A stretch of DNA of 62,901 bases, counting the filler, from Catajapyx aquilonaris (lineage: Eukaryota): NCBI GenBank assembly GCA_000934665.2. It is 4 parts of 4 records of this genome, joined end to end, with 100 filler letters (N's around TTAATTAATTAA, not from the genome) between each part and the next. Parts side by side here need not be neighbours in the genome. Positions count along the whole stretch, not along the records: positions 1 to 15,637 come from KZ539685.1; positions 15,738 to 31,373 come from JYFJ02007441.1; 2 more parts are not named here. One strand, 5' to 3'. A model generated the notes under the pieces. That model saw nothing but the letters and a program-made list of their open reading frames with translations, searched no databases and was not told where the DNA came from. Below, piece after piece: positions 14,645-28,272 of this stretch (the stretch's first letter is position 1; every line of letters starts with the position of its first letter). Position numbers and translations under genes: made by a program.

Positions 14645-15410
14645 CAGGGTGGTCCAACTTCAAGTGTCGTTTTATAACGGCGATTAATAACAGTGATTTT
14701 GCGATGACGTACGTAGCAGCGACGTGTAAAATGTCCCACTTCGGCGCCATCGAAAATATTAGCTGCCAATAGCAGCACACATGTAATCAACCCTGCTGCT
14801 GGGTTGACCTGGAAAAAAGGAGGTGCACACATGACCTGCGATGCGCCTGGGTGAAATGGGTGACGCCCAGGGCACCAGATGGACCACGGTCATATAAGTA
14901 AGGTCTGGTCACTCCCACCCACCCCCTGCCGGGGCGTTTTGCAGCGGGCGCTCACCTGAGAGCGCCAGGAGTCATTTCGGGGGCCACGACATAGTGGCGA
15001 CCCTACCGGACTAAGGCTGAACTTTATAGGTACGAAAGGGGAGGGGCTACATTGGGGGGCCCAACATGGCCGCCGGCGGCCATGTTGGGCCCCCTTCGTA
15101 CCTATAAAGTTCAGCCTTAGTCCGGTAGGGTCGCCACTATGTCGTGGCCCCCAAAATGACTCCTGGCGCTCTCAGGTGAGCGCCCGGTGCAAAATGCCTC
15201 GGCAGCTGATAACGCCAGAACGTAGTATAAGTGTCCGTGGGCTGAGATGGACCATGGACCTGTAATGCAAGGGGGAAGCCTGCAAACGAAACACAGCTAA
15301 TATTTTCGATGGCGCCGAAGTGGGCCATTTTACACGTCTCTGCTACGTCAATCGTAAAGCGCTTCTATTAATAGCCGTTATAAAACGACCCTTGAAGTTG
15401 GACCACCCTG
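14645..15410. mobile_element. Tc1-like fold-back MITE with nested internal palindrome
   Basis: TA-CAGGGTGGTCCAACTTCAAG...CTTGAAGTTGGACCACCCTG-TA; outer arms about 120 bp; inner arms about 14948-15184 centred on CCAACATGGCCGCCGGCGGCCATGTTGG. Confidence 0.85.
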
Positions 15411-15637
15411 TATCAGCCTACATTCGACAACACTCTACAATTATTTGCAAGCCCATGAAAAAAATAATAATCAATTATCGGTATATTAATTACGGTGTTT
15501 TTTGTTTGAAGAAATACCATACGATTTAGTTTTCGAGCTACCCAGCTAACACAAATTGCTCCCAAGGATGTGCACAGGACGTCCCAAACGTCCCAGCCGA
15601 ACATCCCTGGTTCATCCCATTGTCATCTCAAATTTTT

Positions 15638-15737
15638 NNNNNNNNNNNNNNNNNNNNNNNNNNNNNNNNNNNNNNNNNNNNTTAATTAATTAANNNNNNN
15701 NNNNNNNNNNNNNNNNNNNNNNNNNNNNNNNNNNNNN
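15638..15737. other. Artificial scaffold spacer (44N-TTAATTAATTAA-44N)
   Basis: Identical 100-nt all-frame stop linker also at 31374-31473 and 47103-47202. Confidence 0.95.
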
Positions 15738-17057
15738 CGTTGAACTTGGCCGTATTTCAGATCTCACCACTTTTGACGGCCTAGCAGTCAGGAGAACTTG
15801 GCCTTTTTTTACAGAAAGGTTTTTGGTGGGATAACTTATACTCATTGAAAGGAATGGAAAAAGTGCATCTTCCCGTGAATGTGATTTTGGTATGATACCC
15901 CATAAAAGAAATATTAATATCTCGATAACTAAATTTAATTTCGTGAAACTGATTGCTCCATAAAGGTTCAATTGGATGTGGGTTTCACATATTATATTTT
16001 TTTCACAAAAATCGATGATTATGACTTGACACCCACTGGCTGATCTGAAATGGAACCACCCTACAGCAAAATTTTCATGGATCAGGTAGACGATCGTACA
16101 TTTCTAAACAGCTGAAGTTTGGGGCATATAAATTATGCACAAATCTGGATCAATCTCAGTGGTTGCAAGTGCCTTCGTGCAGATTTTCCTCTGGTGAAAA
16201 TATGTATCCTGTGATAAGTTTCTTGTACTTGTAATATTATTCCTGCTCAGCTGATTACTTGTATAAGGGAGTCTATCCCAATATGCCATTACTTGCTCCC
16301 CCGTTTTCAACTGAACAGGCCATCTTTCTGGAAGTATACTCTCTGACTTTGGCAATGCATCATTATTCATTACATTATTTTTCACAGGTTCGAGTTCCTC
16401 CACATAGTCCTCTGACATTTAAAAATGTTTTAGTTTAAATCTAAGCTATGAGCCATTAAGTGCAGCAGGCAATGCCCGGGCGAGGGAAGTGTCGTATACG
16501 CTGTATCCGCATCATGAATACGGTATAATGCACTCATTATTCTCGGAGACTAAATGACACCTCTACATAAGGTGATCCACTGGTATGATACCAGTTCACC
16601 CTAGAAGTTTATCAGAATCATTCTGCTATGCTACTAGTGGAGGGCAGGCGCTGTAGTTTAGTGGTCATGCCACTTACCAGCCAAATGCCATGTCAGGAGT
16701 TCTATGCCCGGATCATCCGATTTTCCACTTCTATGACCGCGAAGGTGCGGAAGTACTGTAGGTTGAGAGAATTGACGAGTAGATGACGAAAAAGAGACAG
16801 GGAGGGTTGGGACTGGGAGTGAACATAGTAGAGTGCACGAGAGGATTACGGAAGCGTGTAGTGAATAGTGCTGTTCCACCCCCCCTCCCTCCCACCACCA
16901 CCAATGGGGAAGAGGGGCCATCCTCCACAAGACAGCGTCAGAATGGGTATGTTTCCGTGACGGGAGTCACACCTGTCAAAGCAGAAGGCTAGAGGCTCTA
17001 CTGCAATCGGCCTTGTGAGGTGTACACGTGCACAAACCCTGTGGAAGGGACGCCGGG

Positions 17058-20000
17058 ATGACCTCTTCGGTCTTCGTTTTCTTGCTCATGGGATTGATCG
17101 TTCAGGTAGGTGGAGGGTAATATGCTCGAGAGATTTTTCAAAATTTTCTGGATCACCTTTATTTGATTATAAGGAGGTCAATTCCACATCTCCGAACATT
17201 GGATATTCCCATTTGGAAATATCAGGAGCTATAGATGCTTGTTACGAAGGACCATTTTCCGATGACATGTCCGCGCTTTACATGTACATTTGTTGTGCTG
17301 GCAATGAATATAAATGAAACGATTATAGGGTTGGAGCCATAATTATGTCTCGATATCTGTTGGATTGACGATCAGTATCCTACAAGTCAGTAGATTTTGA
17401 ACTGTAGTTGAAGGTAGTTCTCTCTCAACTTCCCTTGTACAGTAGGGCTATCGATTTAAGGCAACAAAAAATAATGGAAGAATCCAAGTAGTGAAAGAAG
17501 ATATTTTAATAATTATTTTGATAGGCCTACGCCCAAACTGTGAACTGGATTGATATTACAGGGTGGACGGAAAGTTTCGGACCCCCCCGGGTTTTTTAAC
17601 CCTACTTTTCACAGCGTCTTTTCACATCTTTTAAAAGTCCACAAGCAGTTCTAATGTACACTATCTTTTGAAGCATAATCTTGAGAACATATGAGGACAT
17701 TCGCTCTCGCAATTCCATTAATAACTTCGCCTCTGTGACTCATCTAAACATCCTATCTGTTTTGCGTTTATTTTGCTTGTTGCCTTGGAGGACACATGGT
17801 CATATTCTGCGTCAGAAATGGTTTTTATGACCCTTTTCCATGAGTTCCCCTTCATGCAAATGTTGTGAACTCACTCCTGACCTTATTTTTCGCATTGGTC
17901 CATAACCTGGTCCAATAAAAATTTGAAAAGGAATGCATGAAATGGCGGACCCGGATGCATTACTTTCGAATTGGTACCATCGCATTTGTCTCCATTTTTA
18001 CTTTCAAATAATTTTTTGGTGGGAAAGGACAGTAAACAGTCCTACCTTGGTAAATCGTCAACATGACACATCCTTTCGTTCACGTCCTTTCGCACCAAAA
18101 ATTTATTTTAAAGTAAAAGTGGAGACAAATGCGATGGTACCAATGTAAGAATTCGAAAGTAATGCATCCGGGTCCGCCATTTCATACATTCCTTTTCAAA
18201 TTTTTATTGGGCCAGGTTATGGACCAATGCGAAAAATAAGGTCAGGAGTGAGTTCACAACATTTGCATGAAGGGGAACTCATGGAAAAGGGTCATAAAAA
18301 CCATTTCTGACGCAGAATATGACCATGTGTCCTCCAAGGCAACAAGCAAAATAAACGCAAAACAGATAGGATGTTTAGATGAGTCACAGAGGCGAAGTTA
18401 TTAATGGAATTGCGAGAGCGAATGTCCTCATATGTTCTCAAGATTATGCTTCAAAAGATAGTGTACATTAGAACTGCTTGTGGACTTTTAAAAGATGTGA
18501 AAAGACGCTGTAAAAAGTAGGGTTAAAAAACCTGGGGGGGGGTCCGAAACTTTCCGTCCACCCTGTATTTTGCTGTATAGTCCTACTCATAATGAATCGC
18601 CGGGTGTAAAATGCGTAACAGCATAATTATGTAACTGGGTATGTAGAAGATCGTCAAAATGACTCCTTAACTTTCTATATTGGGTTGTTATTTAATGATT
18701 ATAACACGTTTCTCTTTCTTAATGCGTTACCAGGAATTTGTCCGGTGGGGCGCGGCCGGATCGAATAAAATATCTCCTCAATTATTACATCATTATCCCA
18801 TGCTATTGTTCATAAGACGATTGGAATAAAATATCTCCTCAAATATTACATATTTTTTCTGGTTATATTTTTGTAAACTATACCTCTGATCTCGGGACAT
18901 GTTTTTAATTATCTGAATGTGTTTGAGTGGTGAGCAATTTTATCGCAAAAACCTTGCTCCCTGCCATGTCCGAACGGACACATAATGGACGAATTCCTGG
19001 TAACGGGTCGGCTACTCTTTACCTTCAGCGTTTCAAAAAAGGATGATTTGCCCAAAAACAGTCTTTTACTAGGGCGTTTCAGTAAGTAAGGAAAGTGACT
19101 TTTTCTTAGTTCCTGTATTGAACATATTAGAAAATCGAATTAGGCTATACTGTACATTTGAAAGCACACACACAGCACTACTTTTCTACATATTAACATA
19201 TGGAATTAATGCATTTGTCAAACAAAGTTTTAAAATGCCTGTCACGTAAAACTTGGTTTTATAATGAAGCCACGCGACTGCACAGGCGGACTTCACTTCC
19301 TCGTCCAAATTTTTCATCCCTGCGGTGCGTTTTTTCTCACTTGGTACACAAGGTTTATAGGGTTATCTCCTCATAAATCTGTTATGCAGAATCTCGGGTT
19401 TCCGACTCCTTGTTCCGTGGTAAGGAATGATACCACTGTTCCTCAACGCTGGACAGAGTTACAATGAATGCCACATTTCTTTTGTCCCTTCTGATTAATC
19501 CCTGCCGATTAATGAACAGCTATGAAGTTTCATAAAAACATACAAAAACCACCAGGACTTTCATATGCATAATATATTTCAATTTTTGAAGATAAGCAAT
19601 AGGCTATAAGAAGCAAAAAAAAAAACTCACTTTTTTACTAATGAAACGCACTCGTATTATTACCCAGTATAAACATAATGAAAATGAAAGAGAAGGTTTA
19701 TTTTACTCTCTGATCCAAACGTGTTTGGCGTTCATATTGTTAATTTAAGAGACAATTATCTAGGTACATTATCTAGTATTATAGATGGTGCATAACTGGC
19801 TAAATTTAATTGTTTAGCCTATTTACTTAAATACTCATTGAAAAAAATGTGCATTAGAGGATTTTGTCGAATCGGGAATAATAAAAAATAAAAAAGCGTT
19901 ACCTCCAAAATATCGTACTTAAGGTGTTTTGAAATATTGAAGAAAGAAAATGAATGGAATAGAACGATGGGTGTAAGTTAATATTTCAGATTTTTATTCT

Positions 20001-23000
20001 TATTAGGCAGATTTAAAGAGAAGAGTAGATTTGGCGAATTTCATGCTGTTTTCAATGATCTAAAAAAATGTCCCCAGTGCAGATTACTTTTTTGTGCATT
20101 CCATCCATTCAAACTGAAAATTCAAATGAAGTAAACCTCAACATTGGAAATGTATAAGTGTCAAATCCCGTTGATCCTTAAGTCACCAGGGGTCCATCAG
20201 TCAAAATGTAACCTCCGTTTGAAGTGCTTTTTCCCACGATTCGCTCAAATAATTTACCGTTCCTTAAATGGCTTGGACCGCACGACACGCGTAACAGTTG
20301 TGCCAATCCTTGAGACAAAAAAAAGAGGAGGGGCTGAACCTTGGAGGCGCGTGAACGGAACTGATTTTCAAGCCCTGCAATTGCCATGTCCCCGAGCAGC
20401 CAATTTGTCTGCCACTACAAATTCCTCCAACAGACATAGATCACATTTTTTCGCTTGACCCCCCCCCCCCCCCCCCCNCCCCATTCTCCTTCTCCCCCAA
20501 TTCCTCCTTTTGCCGTGATACGTCCAGAATAATGATAGTGTAGTTGTCCACTTCCTGGACAAGTGGCAGTTCCTCAAGTGTTGCTCAGATGCATTGGAGC
20601 CACAAAGTGGAACAGACACGCCCTGAGCCATCTTAGCTTCCGAGGGCATTTCCCCCTCTTTTTCTTTCTCCTTTTCTTCCTTGACACCCTCCTGCATAAC
20701 CACAGTCACGAACATGCTAAAAATTGGCCTATATTGCGTCACTTTTAAGGAATATATTAAATTAGTGGCTGGTGTGGTAACAATTTTCATATCGTTTATG
20801 TGGAAATATTCTAATGTTTTATTATTAATTTGCATTTCGCATACTGCCTGACTACTCTTAGAACAGTTACGGTGCAGTACACCATATCTGATTGTACAAA
20901 TACATTTTCTATGATATTCCACTTTGTAAATATTTTCCTTCTGATGAAATTTGCGTTGAACAGCTCAAGATCTTTTGGACCTAGTGACAAAGTTATTATT
21001 GCTGTATTCACGGAAAAGTGAGCCCGAGAAGAATGAAACCCGCTGTATAGAACTGAAACAAATGGCCAGTGAGTAAACGGGAACGTAGCGCTAAAACCGT
21101 CACAACTGAGTTAATTAGTTCTGTTGTGAGAACACGCTGCAAAAAAAAGCGAAAGTAACTGTACTGTGGCGTCCTGAAGGAATACTGGATTAAAATCATT
21201 GTCTCAAAATATATCGTAAAATGTTACATGAAAATGTTCGATACTACTAATATAATATGACTGTAAAAATGATGACAAATTTGTCCTTCGTCATTTCGTG
21301 AACTTGGTTGATTGGTACGGTATATCAGGTATAAAATAAAGATTGAAGGCAACTGTAAAACATGCATGATGGAGGCTTGCAGTGTACAGTCGCGTGCATA
21401 ATGATGGAGGCGGACTTGGGCAAGAGCTCGAACGTGTTCATTGTAGACATGGTGATGTCTCTGGCCCAACTCGAAAATATGCTATTGTACGGTTGAGTAG
21501 GTAGGATGTGGTGTTCCATACTGTATGCATTGTGGCACAGACATCACCGAATTTTGATTGAACTCCTGTCCAAGTCTGTCTCTATCATAATGCTAGCGAC
21601 TCCACATGCACTTTTATTTGGCTGATAATAACATCGCCACCTTTATTGCTTTCAGGTGTACCCCACGAAGGCGCAGGACTATGAGGGTGAGTCATATAAT
21701 ATTACGTGTTCATCATGAAAGTCTAAAATTTACCAGCTTTTAAGTCCCAAAATGACAAGTAAAGGACTGATGCTGAAAGTCATTGGCATCCAACTGCTGT
21801 GTTTATTTTATCCATACGTGTTTTGGACTTGGAGGCTGGAAGATATCTGGTCCCCCACCTCACAGCTTCTCAGGTCCCGATTACGGGAATATTTAGCTAC
21901 AACAATACTGTTTCATGCTCTTGATGTTTATTTTGCACACACACAGTAAGGTGTACGGTACTTAACACTTTGCGTAAGCCAAAAGTGGTAGCCTACACGT
22001 GTTTATATTATGCTGTATAGAGGTCGTGTTTGACATGACAGCATAATTGAAAAGACATCTCAGTTCCTTTTGATTTTTCGGCCATACCATTTCTTGAATT
22101 AGAACAAAATAACTTTTCGTTAATACCATGCCGGTAATTAGTCACCTTTCATAAGTATCTGAAGTGCTTTAGCTGGGACAGGTGGTGGGACCTAACCATG
22201 TGTAATTGACGTCTGCGTTTAGAACTTCGACTGGAAGGACTCCACTAGGGCACAGGTTGGGGGAATGAGAGTTAAAGGCAAACAACTTCTTCATTTAATA
22301 TTTATTGATACAACCTTCTACCTCTATCAATCCAGCAAGTGTACAGTAGCCTACCGATTTAACCATTTTATTTATTATGTAAAGGTATGCAGCTTTCTAA
22401 CTTGTCCTCACTTTTGCAAAACCCGCCGCAGCACGAGTATCCAAAAGCCTCTGTAGTTTAGTGGCAGAACACACACTTGGTGGCAATCGAGTGTGGACCT
22501 GGGTTCAATTCCCAGCAGGGGCATATGGATAGTTACTTTAACCCAACTATCAAAGCGGCTGTGCACAAATCCAGTGAATCTAGTAGAGAACTGTTGCCTC
22601 GCTTATCTCTTCCGTACTATGCAGTGGCCGATATCGACTGCAGCATGGAGCCAGGGCGCCTATACGCACGTCTCCGTCGTCCAGAGGGCTTCCGAGGAAG
22701 TCCTTTGTTTGCAGACCAGCGCGACGTTAATCCACTCATGCATCCGCATTGCCAGATTCGCCCTGATGCCTCTGACACCACCGGACGAGTTTACATTCTG
22801 CATGTCACTGATTTGCCCAAGTGTGGAGTCCTCAAGAGGAATGTAAGTGCAGTCGAGGGTGACATTGTGTTATGCATGTTTTAGATCAAGGTAGACAACT
22901 GAGTCACATTTTTGGGATATTTTAGGTGTTTAGGAAGTTGTTGTATCCTTATACAACATTGATCACATTCATCATTTTGGCCCCTTTGTAAAATATTAAG

Positions 23001-24506
23001 CAGTATGCCTAAGGTTATGATGTCAAATATAAGTTTATAGAGACTCGCCATATTATTAGTCCCATCATTAAATTGATGATCATTCTGTGACATCTGATCT
23101 ATCTCTTAGGGTTTCCTGAATCTTCGAGTATGGTTCCCCCAACTTCCTGGTGTGGTAATGGTGGCTGACCAAGAAGTCATTATCATGTGTCGTCCACCTA
23201 CGTCAACAGTGGTTGAGACACGTTCAGCTGGATTTGCTAGTAGCATGTATGATTCGATTTAGGCACTTTAATAATTTAATCAGTTGTGCTATAATTTGTC
23301 ATCACTGATAAGTGTTGCTACTTTATTAGGGCATCAGGAGCACGTGTGTCTGGAGTTGTAGAAGAATCCCCTGGGCGTTTGGAATATGAAGTGGCATTGT
23401 TTAGAGAAACATCAGCAAGGTCCACTAATGGTGGAGACACAAATGAACTACCACTTGATCAAGCTGTTCCCATCGGAACCAAACTCCAGCTACGAGCTCG
23501 CATCAATTCCAAGTCAGGTATTACTGTTATAAAAATATTAATGTCTACTATTGTATATTCTGCTATAAATAACTACATGTAGGCTATTAACAATTTTTCA
23601 GCATGGAAATTCGCCAAATTAATGGAGGTTACTGTATCACCTGATCCTGATAATGCACATGCTCCAGGTCATGTCAGTTTAGTCAGGAATGGGTAAGTTT
23701 TTATGACGTACCGTGCCATGCACTTTCTATCATATTGTTTTACCGCAGATGTCGAAACCAGGATCTTACATCAATAATACCACATCAGCCAGCACGGTAT
23801 AGAGAACGTCATCATGAAGTATACCTGGACTTTGAAGCTTTCTTACTCTCTGGCCTAGCAGAGAGGTCCACGCTGTGGATCCATTCACAAATCAAAGCCT
23901 GTATGGAACCTACAGATTGCCATCCTGTGAGTCTTAGGAAGATCATTTCATCTGCACTTGAATAGTATACAACACTTGATCTTGTGCCTCCTTCTCATAC
24001 AAGCAGGAGTTTTGTATGGACAATTACCAACCATCAGGACACGGTCGAAGGCGTCGAAGTAACACTGCAAGCCCTGCGGTGATGGAGCCATGGACTAGGG
24101 CAAGCCATTCTCGAGGGACACAGGGCACGCCGGATGATTCAAGTACCAAGTTTGGAGAAAATCTAGGCTACACTGTCATTATGCCACAAGGTGAGTTAAC
24201 AATGTGGCATCGTCCATGAATCCATTCACTAATCAAGTGCATTGGACAGAATATTACCACAGGTCCTCAGCTTTGGAAGCTTCATGTCGCTGGGTGACAT
24301 CAGTGGCAGCAGCCTTGGGAGCAGTAACACTACTGTCAGGGCTTCTGGCAGGATTCCTTGCAGCACGTCTGCGTAATGCTAATAGAGGTCGTCGCAAGGG
24401 AACAGTATGTGGAACCTCCTCATCAGCCTCACTTGACTGCAAAGCGGAGAATTTGAAGATATCAAGGAATCGTTATGAGAGAGACTCTTCTGTTTTGAGG
24501 CCATGA
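17058..24506 (+). CDS. ZP (zona pellucida)-domain, cuticlin-like single-pass membrane protein, 443 aa, 9 exons
   Basis: Exons 17058-17105, 21656-21686, 22625-22842, 23110-23246, 23330-23517, 23602-23692, 23749-23926, 24007-24190, 24250-24506. All introns are GT-AG and phases join into one ORF (1332 nt). Signal peptide MTSSVFVFLLMGLIVQVYPTKA; ZP-type Cys pattern (IDC..HC..KCG..MC; GC..DFEAF..IKAC..DC.PEFC); furin site RRRR; C-terminal TM helix VAAALGAVTLLSGLLAGFLAA. Confidence 0.92.
17559..18565. mobile_element. 1-kb near-perfect fold-back Tc1-like MITE in ZP intron 1
   Basis: TA-CAGGGTGGACGGAAAGTTTCGG...CCGAAACTTTCCGTCCACCCTG-TA; arms about 17559-18030 and 18083-18565 are almost exact reverse complements. 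Confidence 0.92.
19067..19656 (-). mobile_element. Internally deleted mariner element
   Basis: TIRs TACTAGGGCGTTTCA / TGAAACGCACTCGTA; the minus strand retains a decayed mariner C-terminus (DEEVKSA...FYVTGI...DKCIN...YVEK*). Confidence 0.7.
22448..22522 (+). mobile_element. tRNA-like SINE head in ZP intron 2
   Basis: A-box-like TAGTTTAGTGG and B-box GGTTCAATTCC; no clean cloverleaf or anticodon arm. Confidence 0.5.
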
Positions 24507-24630
24507 GTGTAAAATTGTCTGTATACAAGATGACAACATGCATGTATGTGTGTATGTATGAATGACTGGGAACATAAGGCTTGCATTATCTCTAATCCTG
24601 AGGGAAAATTGGAGAAGCAGGCTACAAGTA

Positions 24631-24778
24631 CTATGGGGCTCAAATTGTTTTGGCCACTTTATCCTGGTCTTGAAGCAACCCTTCGCACAGGCCCCATGTT
24701 GAGCAGGTGTGTGTTTGTGTGTGTGAAAGGTTGCTTCATGACCAGGATAAAGTGGCCAAAACAATTTGAGCCCCATAG
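24631..24778. mobile_element. 148-bp hairpin MITE (TA TSD) downstream of the ZP stop
   Basis: CTATGGGGCTCAAATTGTTTTGGCCACTTTATCCTGGTC...GACCAGGATAAAGTGGCCAAAACAATTTGAGCCCCATAG flanked by TA. Confidence 0.88.
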
Positions 24779-25183
24779 TACATCCCTTTTTCCACCGATC
24801 TCACATGTCATAGCAAATCTCTACCTGCAATAATTACCAGAGTCATTTATAAGTTTGTTCTATGCATGTTTAAGGTTCATTATATTGTGATAATTCTTCA
24901 TTGAGCACTATGTACACTCAAATACCAAGCTGTGACAAGTATTCCACACACTTTTACGCACAAGGTCACAGCTCAGATCCCTGTGTGATGATGCTAATAC
25001 AAAAGACAACATTGCCATTTTAATTGGTATACCGGTCTGTACATGTAGGCTACTATAGGAAAAGTACAGAATCATTTTGGTCATTGGTCCATTGGCAGAT
25101 CCTGCGAGTGACACTATACGTCTATATCTGCATTACATTCTCATTTGTCACACATCATGCATGAACCATACTGACATGATATT

Positions 25184-25539
25184 CAGGGTGATTCAGAAGT
25201 ACTGGTCAATCCAGGATAGGCCTACTAATTGGCCAATATGGTACAAGTCTAAAATGTAGGGGTGAGAAATGTTGAAAACGCACTGTTGCCAATGTAGATG
25301 TTGCTGATCAAAACGCATGGCGTGGGATAGGCGCGGAAGCTTCTGCAAACATGTTCTAGGATCAGGTGCAAGGAAGGTGGTCACATTTGCCTAACCCTAA
25401 GGGGCAACAGAAGAGTATCATCATATAATTATGTCGTTAGCTGTTTGGTTATGACACCCCCCTCCCCCTTCATTTTAGACTTGTATTGGGCCAATAAGGA
25501 CCCTGGCAGGAGAGTGGCATGGAGTTCTGAATCACCCTG
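25184..25539. mobile_element. Tc1-like MITE (CAGGGTGATTCAGAA termini)
   Basis: CAGGGTGATTCAGAA / TTCTGAATCACCCTG termini; TACAAGTCTAAAATG / CATTTTAGACTTGTA arms; a related partial copy starts near 26384. Confidence 0.7.
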
Positions 25540-26961
25540 TAGACAGAAGAATGAGTCTGAAACCATATGTGGCCAATAGAGAGGGAATACAGTACCATGG
25601 ATAGCAACTGATGTCACAATAAGTGCCTTATTACTGGAACACCAAAACGTGTACAATTAGGATTATAATAATTGCACTCTGGTAGGCTTTGCAGTTCTGA
25701 GAAAATACAGTGCATTATGTCATATAGAATGACAGACGGGGAGTAGATCACACAACTGTATTGGAAGAAAAAAGCAAAAACACACATTCTAACCTTAAGT
25801 GCTCCAAAAGTTATATTGTGAAACCCGAAAAATCTTGCTGTCACAAAGTTGTCACTGGTTTTCTGTCACCTGTGGGGAAGTTGTTTAGTCTAAACTCTAA
25901 AGCTATATGATGTGAAGATCTGAAATTCAGAATGATCAGTGATGTGTTGATGGAAAGATTGGAAACTGATTTAGACATTTTGCAATATAGTAAACTTTCC
26001 GATGATCAAGTCAGTTTTATGCGAGAACAATTACAGACCTTTAGAGAAACTAATGTTTAAAAAAAATTATTGTATCCCTTATGGGACAACGTATTCTTCA
26101 AACTTTAAACTCTATCTCACTATATGTTTCATACGTGACTCGGTTCTGCATTCCAGATCTTCATGTAGTGATTGATTTCCATTCCTTGCTTGAAGCAGTT
26201 TTACCCATTTCTGGAAATGCTGACTGGCTGTTTAGTAGCTTTTTAAAAATTAAATATTTTCCCCACCCACTGATCACCTTGGAGTTCATTTACAGCATGA
26301 ACATTTTCCAGGTAAGGCAAATGCAACAACAAGAACCATTCCTTTACTGGTTCCCATATTTGGCACCAGATAGCTGCGATATACAGGGTGATTACGAACC
26401 CCAGGTTAATCTCCCTCCAGTTGGCTTGTTGGCTCAATACAAGTCTAAAATGCATGGGTGAAAAATGTTGATAGCTCGATCATTAATAGCCCTCTTGTTT
26501 CAGGATTGTCATATTTGATCTGCTCAACTCTCAACACAATCATGCCAACCTTTTATGACAGAAATTTGTCACAGGTACTAAACTCAAGCTAAGCTGACTA
26601 GATTTTTATTTTTTTGCCTAATGTCAATGTGGTGCAAAATGTTCGCATTAATTCTTCCTCTTTAACTTATCTTTCTTGCGATATTTCAAGGTGAAACTGC
26701 CCTAGTTGATAGTCAACATTTTAATTTCATAACATATAGCAGTATTTGAATAACAGGGAAACATCCAGTGGTTATCCCCAATCACCTTTGCTGGATGGGT
26801 CACCTAAAGCAGTGGTTCCGAAACTGTGCTTTGAGAATAACATGGCACTTTTGCAAAAAAAAAAAAATAATAATCACTTGTCCACTTGACCTTGAACACA
26901 ACAGCGCCTAAATTTTTAGTTTATTGGACGAATTTTTCACCGCAAGTGGCATTTCATGGAA

Positions 26962-27466
26962 CAACTGCATCAAATCCCGAAAACGGCCATTGAGCGAAAA
27001 AAAACGAGCATTTCGTGGAATGCTCGTTTTCAAACGAGAAGACCCCGAAATGCTCCTTTTCGAAAGACCCGAAGACTTTTCTGGACTACACAAAAATATC
27101 AGGAAGCCAAATTAGTGTCGTGGCTGGTTCAGAAAAAGCCCATAACGCGCTGTGGCAGTTTCTTGTTTCTCACTATGCCATGTAGATAACAACAATAGGG
27201 TGATTGATTTTCAGCAGCTACTTGGCGTAGTGGGAAACAAGAAACTGTCACAGCGCATTATGGACTTTTCCTGAACCAGCCACGACACTAATATCGCATC
27301 CTGATATTTTTGTGTAGTTCAGAAAAGCGTTCTGGCCTTTGAAAAAAGAGCATTTCGCCAAATGGACGCGATCTAGCCATTTTAAAGCGAGCATTTCGCG
27401 ATCTGCCTCTTCGGGTTTTTCGCTCAATGGCCGTTTTCGGGGTTTGCGCCTCACATATGCACAGTT
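26962..27466. mobile_element. Fold-back element nested in the hAT relic
   Basis: Inverted arms, e.g. CCCGAAAACGGCCATTGAGCGAAAA vs TTTTCGCTCAATGGCCGTTTTCGGG; TAGTGTCGTGGCTGGTTCAG vs CTGAACCAGCCACGACACTA. Confidence 0.75.
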
Positions 27467-27900
27467 GCACCGAAGGCAATGGCTGGCCAGACTACTTGAG
27501 CTATCACCAGAATAAATAAAAAAAATCCAAGGGGTGCAACAATAGTCATTGCGTCCTCCACAAGCACGCCCTAGCCATAATAAAAATGCCTTCCTTTCCT
27601 GAAAAAGTTCTGGACGAGGCTGTTTAAAAAGTGTGACGACCTAGAAAGTCTTCATACGTCTTTGCTTCTTCACACAGAAGTGATGAGGTGGCTGTCTCGA
27701 GGAAAGCATTATTTTACATGTTTGATGCAGTTACATAATGAAGCATGATCATTTCAAATGGATCACAACTTTCATTTGGCAAACTTATTGACCAATGAAG
27801 GATGGCTCTGCAAATTCTCGTATCTATCAGATATTTTTGCCAAGAGAATAATGATTTTTGATGCAAGCTGATGCAAGCGACAGAATGCATTCATTTAGAA

Positions 27901-28272
27901 CATCGGTTCCCAACCTTTTTGTCTTGACGCCCCCCTTTTCGTTTTCACCAAACACTCATGCCCCCCCNCCCCCCCAATAAATTTCAGCAAGAGTTTCTTG
28001 AAAGGGAATTTTATAACTGAGGAATGAAAACCTGTTGAAATAGGGGCAACAACAAATTTTTTGGGCTCAAGGTCACAAAGTTGAGGTGAATGTAGCTGAC
28101 AAAGTGGAATCTTCCTACACTGTAAGCACATCGGATACAAGCAAGGAGAAAAGTCGGTCCCTTCATATTTCCAGCAGCGCCAAGCGAAAACATGTTACAT
28201 TATTTTACGTATTTCTCATGGCCTCACGCCCCCCCTGAAATCCTCTCACGCCCCCCAGGTTGGGAACCACTG
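27901..28272. mobile_element. hAT MITE with 8-bp TSD
   Basis: CATCGGTTCCCAACC...GGTTGGGAACCACTG termini flanked by a perfect TSD ATTTAGAA (27893-27900, 28273-28280). Confidence 0.9.

Noticed and set aside
16104..16418. 104-aa ORF with a Tudor-like LKTGEQVMAYW stretch
   Set aside because: No supporting exon structure or full motif; lies next to a dispersed repeat at a contig end; probably TE debris.
20368..20922. 184-aa minus-strand ORF in ZP intron 1
   Set aside because: Low-complexity, crosses a poly-C tract with an N, no recognisable domain.
22448..22522. tRNA gene (also 14420-14494, 16650-16710, 45630-45700, 56895-56970)
   Set aside because: A/B boxes present but no proper cloverleaf; most continue into SINE bodies.
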